A stretch of 64,000 bases of DNA from Schmidtea polychroa (taxonomy: Eukaryota), in assembly GCA_044892525.1 (NCBI GenBank), contig CM097885.1, forward strand, positions 20,090,001-20,154,000, given 5' to 3'. Of this stretch, positions 56,545 through 64,000 are shown piece after piece. A program made the translations under genes and the position numbers. The notes under the pieces were generated by a model. It saw nothing but the letters and a program-made list of their open reading frames with translations. It did not search any database and was not told where the DNA came from. The stretch's first letter is position 1; each line of letters begins with the position of its first letter.

Positions 56545-57548
56545 TTGACATAGTATTGTTTATCCTTGCCTTTATTTTTAGTTTTCAAAATCTTCTGAAT
56601 TCTAAATACTTTTGGGGGAGGAATAACTTGTAATTCCTGCTCATAAAATTTTCCTTGTACAATATTGTTATCATTATCTTTGATGACATACATTACAGGA
56701 TTCTGTTTAGTATTTATTTTTGAAATTACAAAGACTTCATCACTCCAATTTGTATCGAAATTTTTAATAAATGGTGATGCACTAATTTTACTAATTCTAA
56801 CATGGTCACCTACTTTATATTTCGGTTTTGTAATTTTTTCAGGTTTTTTAGAATAGATTGTTTTTGACGTGATATCAATCGGCCTTAATCCATTCAGTCC
56901 TTGATGTGATGAGTGATTATAACTGGTTATTATTTTTGGTAAAACCAATACCCATTTTTTATTACCTTGATGCACGAATAATTTCTTTAATCTATCTCTC
57001 AAAGTTCGGTTAAATCTTTCAACATGAGCAGCTTTGTATTGAGAATGTACTGAGTAATGGTTTATTTTCAATTTATTGAGGATTTGCTTGACTTTACTGT
57101 TGTAGAATTCTTTACCTAAAATAATAATAATAATAATATTAATAATAATAATATTAATACCTAAATCAGTTTGCAAGTTTTTAGGATGTCCATCTTTAAA
57201 TAAATGATTAACAGCTTTGGACATTTCATCTGCAGATTTTGCCTTGACGGGTATTGCTCGGGCAAACCGACTGAATACATCAATACATGTTAAAATATAT
57301 TTATACCCATTGTTAATTTTCGAATAGGGTATCATCTCCATCAAATCCATTTGCCATAAATCATTTATTCCATATGTTTTATATGCTCTTGTTGGGAATC
57401 GTTTCCGCATTGGTTTGTTCAAACTGTACGCAAGCTGGTCTGATAACCACTTCTGTGTTTCCTTTTTCGAATTCGGAACTCTTTTCCTTAATTTTGCCAC
57501 TCCACCAAAACCGGCTTCGTCTTCCGGGTTCGTCCAAATCTTCTCCAT
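56490..57548 (-). CDS. int: Retroviral-type integrase with C-terminal chromo-like domain; 45-bp intron 57160-57116
   Basis: WQMDL, IDVFSRFA, QTDLG/KEFYN after splicing, KAAHVERFNRTLR, YYVKWHGY. Confidence 0.93.
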   Translation of the reverse strand: MEKIWTNPEDEAGFGGVAKLRKRVPNSKKETQKWLSDQLAYSLNKPMRKRFPTRAYKTYGINDLWQMDLMEMIPYSKINNGYKYILTCIDVFSRFARAIPVKAKSADEMSKAVNHLFKDGHPKNLQTDLGINIIIINIIIIIILGKEFYNSKVKQILNKLKINHYSVHSQYKAAHVERFNRTLRDRLKKLFVHQGNKKWVLVLPKIITSYNHSSHQGLNGLRPIDITSKTIYSKKPEKITKPKYKVGDHVRISKISASPFIKNFDTNWSDEVFVISKINTKQNPVMYVIKDNDNNIVQGKFYEQELQVIPPPKVFRIQKILKTKNKGKDKQYYVKWHGYQNPSWISEKDLVK

Positions 57549-57606
57549 TACAACAAGAAGATTTAATATTAAATTTAATGTCTGGTAATGAAGGATTAGC
57601 ACCCAT
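57379..57606 (-). CDS. Small putative N-myristoylated protein overlapping the integrase 5' end
   Basis: MGANPS fits MGxxxS; SSCC; ATG 3 nt after the upstream stop codon. Confidence 0.6.
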   Translation of the reverse strand: MGANPSLPDIKFNIKSSCCNGEDLDEPGRRSRFWWSGKIKEKSSEFEKGNTEVVIRPACVQFEQTNAETIPNKSI

Positions 57607-57609
57607 TGT

Positions 57610-58150
57610 TTATGATCGACTTCCTATTATTCCACCTAATAATGATATTGCTAAAGGTATCAATGCACCGATAAATCCCCCTTGTTGTTTATATATAATT
57701 TTTCTCATTTGTTGACGATTTTTATTATTTACTAATGATAGCAAAGGTTTCCTATGTTTACTCAATAATTGCTTTTTAGATTTACTGATTTTAATCTTGC
57801 CTTTGACTACTTTAAGTATAATATCGAGTAAATCATCGACAACATAATTTGGAAATGATTGCAAAATACTGTTTCTTTTCATACTTGGTGCCTTTAACAA
57901 TGTATTGAAAAACGGGAAACTCCGATGATTTTTAACAACTTTTACTTTCTTAGTGGTTTTACTTTTAGGTTTAGGTTTAGGATTTTTCGAAATAAGATTC
58001 ATTGCAGGAAAATTTTCTGTAATAAGATCTTTAGATGGAGTATAACTAGTTGTTGGTGGAACTTTTGGTTGTTTTTTACCCGATATCCTTGTTTTTGAAA
58101 ACTTGATTTATATGTTTTCAACTTTGTTTTGAACTTTGTTTATATACCAT
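57610..58150 (-). CDS. Basic virion protein with C-terminal GG-F amphipathic peptide; start at 58002, or ATG 58150 plus a 46-bp intron (58147-58102)
   Basis: Lys-rich body ending KQQGGFIGALIPLAISLLGGIIGSRS; frame open to 58101. Confidence 0.75.
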
Positions 58151-58756
58151 GGCACCTTTTGGGTTGAAAATATCTGTTTTTACCCGTATATCATCAGGGC
58201 ATTGTTGTGTGAAATCGAGAAATATATACCCATGCGGTATTTTCGTGGCATCTTGAAATGCACTGATAAGAAAATTACGGTTATTAGGGTATGCTTGTCG
58301 TCCAAGAAAATCAATGACAGTTGCATCTCTAGGATTCTTGAAAATAACTAAATATTGTACATTTAAATTACGTGTTCGATGTGCACCACCTTGATGAAAT
58401 AGATTTTGTGTTATGAAAATAACTGTTACACCAACATGTCTGCTGATTTTTGTGAATAAATTATTAAAGTCCTTTTCTTTATTGGCTTCTTGATACAAAT
58501 CATCGATAATGATGACATCATCTTTCTTCAAACGACTTGACCAGTTTTTATCAAAGCCCTTTACTATTTTCATGTTTTTCAACTGACAGAAACTTGATTG
58601 CGTCAATCCGTGTTCTTCGTCGGCGCCCCTATGCCAATAAATATTGTTGAATTTTGTTTTAAACAAATTTGATTTTAGTAATTTACAAACAAATAAAGTT
58701 TTCCCGCTACCACTTGGACCAACGATTTGGTATACTGCATCATTTCGTAATTCCAT
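58118..58756 (-). CDS. A32/FtsK-like genome packaging ATPase
   Basis: Walker A GPSGSGKT, Walker B IIIDD, SRH, ITQNLF, FKNPRD. Confidence 0.93.
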   Translation of the reverse strand: MELRNDAVYQIVGPSGSGKTLFVCKLLKSNLFKTKFNNIYWHRGADEEHGLTQSSFCQLKNMKIVKGFDKNWSSRLKKDDVIIIDDLYQEANKEKDFNNLFTKISRHVGVTVIFITQNLFHQGGAHRTRNLNVQYLVIFKNPRDATVIDFLGRQAYPNNRNFLISAFQDATKIPHGYIFLDFTQQCPDDIRVKTDIFNPKGAMVYKQSSKQS

Positions 58757-58861
58757 TTTTTAAAATTTAAACTATATAATTATTGTTTATATTGATAATT
58801 TAAATGAACTCTGTTTTTAAATACCTATATATATCAAAGTTTTTAAAATTATTTCATTAAA

Positions 58862-59326
58862 ATGCTTTCAAATATAAATTACAGGGCAAAAACTGATGTA
58901 TCAAAAATGATATTTCCAATAGGGAAACCACAACAACTTATCAATAGAAGTAATAAATATCCAATAATATATTTCAAAACTGGTAAATGTAGAATTATGG
59001 GGTGTAAGGAAATAATCAAAGCTAGTGAATATAATGTTTATGATTTAGAAATACAATCGATAACCGTAACTTCCGATATAGGTTTTTCTTGTAATTTAAA
59101 TAAATTAGCTAAATTAATACCATGCTTTTATGAACCAGAATTATTTCCAGCTTTGAGATATATAAAATATAACCCTATGTGTGTAAATATATTCGCTAGC
59201 GGTAAGATAGTAATTCTTGGAATAAAAAATATTGATTACAAAAGTATAGTTGATAATATCATATCTGAAATTAAATCAATAATTGAAGGAAAAGAATTTT
59301 TAGATTTTTTATTATCACTTAATTAA
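58862..59326 (+). CDS. TATA-binding protein (TBP)-like protein, 154 aa, encoded by the Polinton
   Basis: Two TBP repeats: LSNIN...IIYFKTGKCRIMGCK and IQSIT...CNLNKLA...YEPELFPALRY...VNIFASGKIVILGIK. Confidence 0.88.
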   Translation: MLSNINYRAKTDVSKMIFPIGKPQQLINRSNKYPIIYFKTGKCRIMGCKEIIKASEYNVYDLEIQSITVTSDIGFSCNLNKLAKLIPCFYEPELFPALRYIKYNPMCVNIFASGKIVILGIKNIDYKSIVDNIISEIKSIIEGKEFLDFLLSLN

Positions 59327-59364
59327 TTATTTATCATTCAATTAAAACAAAAACATACTGCAAT

Positions 59365-59400
59365 CTGATTGGATGATAAACAATAGTCATAGGTATAAAA
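59365..59400 (+). promoter_or_regulatory. Inverted CCAAT box plus TATAAAA promoter of ORF 59435
   Basis: CTGATTGG at 59365; TATAAAA at 59394-59400. Confidence 0.55.
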
Positions 59401-59434
59401 ACCCTGTACCATTTCATTTTAATCATAATTCACA

Positions 59435-59854
59435 ATGACCAAGAAAATTTCAAGCACTGAAAAACCAAAAGTAGTTCCAGAACTTGTACAACCTGTTCAA
59501 ATGTTCCACAACTACAAGATGTATTTTTTAAAAGAAGAAATCAATATGAAATTGGTGTCACCGATCAAGCTAATTCCTACCCAATTTCAATTCTTAACCG
59601 GCACGCTTTCAATGTTAGATATTAAAACCATAGATGATGTTTTCAAAAGGTTGAATACGAATCTATCATGCAATCAAAATGCATTTTTCAACAACCGATA
59701 TGCAAAATTTTATGATTCCTTTGATGAAATCAGTTTCAAAGAAAACGAAAATTGGTATATAACAATTACAATCCAAGGATATAAAGTTGATAATAATGAT
59801 GTGTATTCTCCAATTTGGAAAATTATGTCTGCTAGACTTTCACAGTTATTTTAA
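59435..59854 (+). CDS. Conserved Polinton protein, 139 aa, possibly OB-fold ssDNA-binding
   Basis: Homolog in the outer element; C-terminal beta-strand pattern ITITIQGYKV...SPIWKI; function inferred only. Confidence 0.7.
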   Translation: MTKKISSTEKPKVVPELVQPVQMFHNYKMYFLKEEINMKLVSPIKLIPTQFQFLTGTLSMLDIKTIDDVFKRLNTNLSCNQNAFFNNRYAKFYDSFDEISFKENENWYITITIQGYKVDNNDVYSPIWKIMSARLSQLF

Positions 59855-59950
59855 TGTTGTATTTAATAAATGTATTTAGTCATATTTGTTTTCGCTTATA
59901 TTCTATATTTTCTATAAACAAATATATACTATAGTTTTAAAATACTAATA

Positions 59951-60309
59951 ATGACTACAGAAAAAGGTTAATATGATTAGTTAATTATCGAATTATTTAA
60001 TATTTAGAATTTATAATAAACTTTTTATTGGAAAAGTTAGCAGAAATATCTGGTGTGAAAATTGAGGACATATTATCTGTTACAAACGCATTAAATATCG
60101 GCTGGGTAGCAGAGAGTGAAGATTCGGAATTTGATGAAACAGATGAAGAAAACACTCAAGATGATGAGGAAAGCATTCAAGAAATTGATGAACCTATGGA
60201 GGAATTTACGGATACTGAACCGTGTGTATATAGGGATTGTATAGATCATGTTGTTGAAAATGTTATGAACTGTGGAGATGATGAATGTGAATGTGTTAAT
60301 AAATTTTAG
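59951..60309 (+). CDS. Two-exon acidic protein with Cys/His-rich C-terminus, 105 aa (intron 59967-60007)
   Basis: ATG ACT ACA GAA AAA G/gt...ag/AA joins in frame to ORF 60028; acidic core and CVYRDCIDH...CGDDECEC. Confidence 0.7.
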
Positions 60310-60478
60310 TGAATATTTAAAGAATAATATTTAGAATTTAGAAAGTTTTGTCTTGAATATTTTTACAAGTAATTTTGTGAACAGTACCCTTGTGACTTGT
60401 TGAGTGTGAGTAGTACATTTGTGTGCAGTATCCTTAGGGGGACAGAATATTTTGTCGGATAGACTCTGTGTATATATG

Positions 60479-60550
<72 letters not shown>

Positions 60551-61696
60551 CTTAGAAAATAATAATATGTAATCAACGATTTAAACAAAATTATATTATT
60601 ACGTATTCTATAATTAAAACAAAAGAATTATATAATCAATGATTTAAACAAAATTATATAATCATCGATAATTAAAACAAAATTATTAATTCTAAAAATA
60701 TTAGACATCGTTCTAAAAGTATGATGTAATCATTCTAAAAATAATTGGCATCGTTCTAAAAATATTAGACATCGTTCTAAAAGTATGACGTAATCGTTCT
60801 AAAAATATTAGGCATCGTTCTAAAAATATTAGGCATCGTTCTAAAAGTATTACGTAATCGCTCTAAAAATATTTGGCATCGTTCTAAAAATATTAGGCAT
60901 CGTTCTAAAAATATTTGGCATCGTTCTAAAAATATTAGACATCGATTACGTAATAGTTCTAAAAATATTAGGCATCGTTCTAAAAATATTAGGCATCGTT
61001 CTAAAAGTATGACGTAATCGTTCTAAAAATATTAGGCATCATTCTAAAAATAATAGACATCGTTCTAAAAATATTTGGCATCATTCTAAAATATTAGACA
61101 TCATTCTAAAAATGTGATGAGTCATTGTCTTTGTTCTAAAAATGTGATGAGTCATCGTATGATAAAAATCTATATCTCATTAGAAAGTTCTTGCACAGAG
61201 CTTTAAAATAAGCTATCGATCAATATAATATGTTGGCGGGAACAATAATTTTTGGGATGAAAAAAAGTAGGTCCCCGCTGGATCACTTAATAATATTTTG
61301 AAAAATAATAATAATTTAACGTTGAAAAGATGGTGGTCATCAATTGTTAATAACATTAAAACTATTAAAGATATATAAGATACCTATAGCTCATTCGAAA
61401 GGTCTTGGACTGAGCTTGAAGATGAGGTATCGTTCAATAAAATTTGTTGGCGGGAACATTACTTTTGGGAAGAAAAAAAGTAGGTCACTGCTGGACCAAT
61501 TAATTTAAAAAAAATTACGTAATAGTTCTAAAAATATTAGGCATCGTTCTAAAAATATTAGGCATTGATTACGTAATAGTTCTAAAAATATTAGGCATCG
61601 TTCTAAAAAAAAAAATAAAATTTTTCAGACCGGCGGGGGGAGGGGGTATATGTGATCTGGAGGGGACATGGTCTGGGGAGCCCACATCCTACTACT
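60306..61696 (-). repeat. Right TIR of the inner Polinton
   Basis: Reverse complement of 45490-47044; ends CTACTACT. Confidence 0.92.
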
Positions 61697-62241
61697 TTCA
61701 TTATTAGCATTTTTCATAGTTTCATTATTATTAATTTTCATAGTTTCATTATTATTAATTTTCATAGTTTCATTATTATTCATTTTTGATTTTTTATCTA
61801 AAAATAATTAAATTTTAATAATTAAAAAATAAAATTCTTACAATCCTTGGTACTTGCAAATTATGACCAAATTTAAAAAACAAATCATTTATATACTTCT
61901 TCTTCTACTTAATACATTACGTAATTATTAAAGGATTAAATTTGATATTTAATACCTTGCGTAATAATTAAAGGATTAAATACCTTACATAATAATTAAA
62001 GGATTTAATGCCTTACATAATTAACTTAATTAAAGATTTAGTTTAATAAATTTTAATAATCAACTAAAAATTTATTGAAATAATTTAATAATCAGCTAAA
62101 AATTTATTGAAATAATATTTAAATTGTTGATCGAGCAAATAACTTGGGATGATGGTTATATAAGCTCGAACATTTAATTGTGAATATTATTTTGTTTTGT
62201 GAATAAATTATTTTAAAAAAACAGCTTTTTATTATAAAAAT

Positions 62242-62620
62242 TTATTTCATTGACTTTAACCAAGCCAAACGATGTTGTCCACATGTTTTTGTTATAGGAT
62301 TTTGGTAACGTATTCGATTGCATTCAATTGGCATTAACATTGATTGTAGTTTATTGATTAATATAGGTGGATAATAGAATCCCATTGGATCAAATGCATA
62401 TATTTTGTTTGGTTTCACGTATACTGCAAGCCAATGTTCACCATTCAGATTAGCAGATTGAGTATTTACAATTATTGCTTTGTTGACATCTAAATAAGGT
62501 ATTTTGTCTAATGGGAAAACACCTAGAAATTCTTTTCCTAGTAATTTTCTTCCGATAATATGTATCTGAATAGAACTAAATTAATAATAATTAAATAATT
62601 TAAATTAATTCTTACTTCAT
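62242..62620 (-). CDS. Outer Polinton cysteine protease (intron 62615-62576)
   Basis: MN/SIQIHIIGRKLLGKEFLGVFPLDKIPYL...NGEHWLA...FDPMG...QNPITKTCGQH. Confidence 0.85.
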
Positions 62621-62654
62621 ATTTGATTAATTGATTTTCTATATTTGGTTTATA

Positions 62655-63878
62655 TTATACCAAAACAGTACGAGTAGATGTAATTTGAATTTCTTTTTCA
62701 AAAACTCCATATACAATTACAGAAACAGCTTCAGTAAGTGAAGATGCGAATTTAATATCTAATCGCAAATTTCCACTTTGTGGTAACTGACTTTGATGAA
62801 GATCAAAATCTGGTGCCAATACGAATGTAAAGAATGGATACTTGCTCTTAAAATCAGACATGGTGATACCACAATTCATATTTTTATTTAGATAACCCAT
62901 ATTTCTAATAATTGATTGCATATAACTTGTACTATAATCATCATTCTCAAAATCTTGACTGTATTTTTCGCGATAATCACTTCCTTTACTTAAAGTTATG
63001 GACTTGACATTAAAGTGATCAAATATAGAAAATGATTCTGAAAACGATCCACTAAATCTTTTACTAGATTGAAATGCAACAAGAATAAAATTAGGTAGTC
63101 GTCTATCTCCAAATATTTGTTCTTTATAAAAAGAGGAAGAACCAATAGGTAATGAGAAATCAACAACTTCTTTGCTTCTTAAAGGATAAATTGCATTTTT
63201 TGTAGACAGACCAATTTGATGTCCTGCCAAAACCGATGGTTCAACACGAACTCTTCTAACCATTAATTTTGCGTCTAATAATAAAATTTTCGGTTCAATT
63301 TTCGCTCAAGTTAAACTAAGTGTTGGATTTGATCTTGTTAATTTAATTTGAACACTAACACCTGGTAGTAAATATTTAGGTTGATCAAAGAAATCAAATT
63401 GAAGTGGGGAACATAAAGAAAAGGATTTTAATTTTTCAATCCATGTTTTTCTCGTAAGATCTTTGTTAGTATACTCCATTCCACCTAAAGATGTTCGTTT
63501 AGTATCTCCGTCATAATTTATAAGTGTTTCAATTAATGCTTTGTGGGCAAATCTATCATTTGATCCTTCAACTTTGATTGAATTAAAAATTAATTCAACA
63601 TCTTTTAAAAGGGTTTGGAAGAAGAAATTATTTGGAATTACTTCTGATTCGCCTAAATTCTCACCAAAATTATTAACAACTTTCAATTGAATATATAACA
63701 AAGTATCATTCAAATCTAAATATTCAGTTTGCGATCCGTTTATGTAAAATTGAATCGAAGAAGAACCAGCATCTGTAATTGAATTTCTTGGGTATATATC
63801 TTCAAATGCTCCATGTTCAATCACTGCTTGGGGAGAAGGTCTATCAAAAAGACATAATTCTGATTTAGCACTAATCAT
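62655..63878 (-). pseudogene. Outer Polinton major capsid gene with one in-frame TGA (63306-63308)
   Basis: ORFs 63306-63878 and 62655-63263 are in the same frame and collinear with the inner MCP. Confidence 0.9.
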
Positions 63879-64000
63879 TTTTCAAAGATGGTACCATATC
63901 CTTTCATTCTTTTGTTTATATGTTTCTTCATAATTTTTCGGCGTTTAAGTATTCCACCTTTTTGTTCTTTATCATTTTTAAATACATCGGATACTTTATT
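63875..64000 (-). CDS. Outer Polinton core protein, 3' end (partial)
   Basis: Ends INKRMKGYGTIFEK, versus inner INKRMKGHGTIFAK; ATGA overlap with MCP. Confidence 0.75.
   Translation of the reverse strand, partial: NKVSDVFKNDKEQKGGILKRRKIMKKHINKRMKGYGTIFEK

Larger units (their letters stand above)
45490..61696 (-). mobile_element. Polinton/Maverick (adintovirus-like endogenous virus), apparently complete, 16.2 kb
   Basis: Termini AGTAGGATGTGGGC...GCCCACATCCTACTACT, 6-bp TSD TTCATT, long TIRs, full pPolB/INT/ATPase/protease/MCP/mCP set. Confidence 0.96.
61697..64000 (-). mobile_element. Older host Polinton, right part (continues beyond the window)
   Basis: Protease, MCP and core gene in the same order as in the inner element. 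Confidence 0.88.

Noticed and set aside
57549..57602. Integrase N-terminal extension from the ORF track
   Set aside because: Non-ATG start inside the myristoylated ORF; the ATG at 57548 fits better
63306..63308. Alternative genetic code (TGA as sense) in the outer Polinton
   Set aside because: Outer element also has TAA stops and a frameshift, and the TGAs align to different residues (Trp, Ser); ordinary decay

Overview
Very AT-rich eukaryotic (animal) genomic DNA. The 41-59 bp introns, (ATT)n/(TA)n tracts and TE spectrum are compatible with a planarian flatworm, but that is inference only. Left 37 kb: the 5' two-thirds of a Na+/Ca2+ exchanger (NCX/SLC8) gene on the minus strand (nine exons reconstructed, 36472 to 5755). 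Its large introns hold an HSP90 pseudogene fragment, a non-autonomous Polinton derivative, two Penelope-like relics with hammerhead-like motifs, a young protease-less Ty3/Gypsy element (identical LTRs, TSD GATAT), solo LTRs, and hAT, Tigger, mariner, piggyBac and Helitron remnants. Right 23 kb: an apparently complete 16.2 kb Polinton/Maverick endogenous virus (45490-61696, ~1.4-1.5 kb TIRs, TSD TTCATT) inserted inside an older, mutated Polinton (about 41280-45489 and 61697 to beyond 64000). The inner element carries pPolB, protease, major and minor capsid, core proteins, integrase and packaging ATPase. It also encodes a compact TATA-binding-protein (TBP) homolog, two spliced acidic proteins and a conserved SSB-like protein, and several of its genes have host-sized spliceosomal introns. 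All calls are from reading the sequence; no database searches were run.
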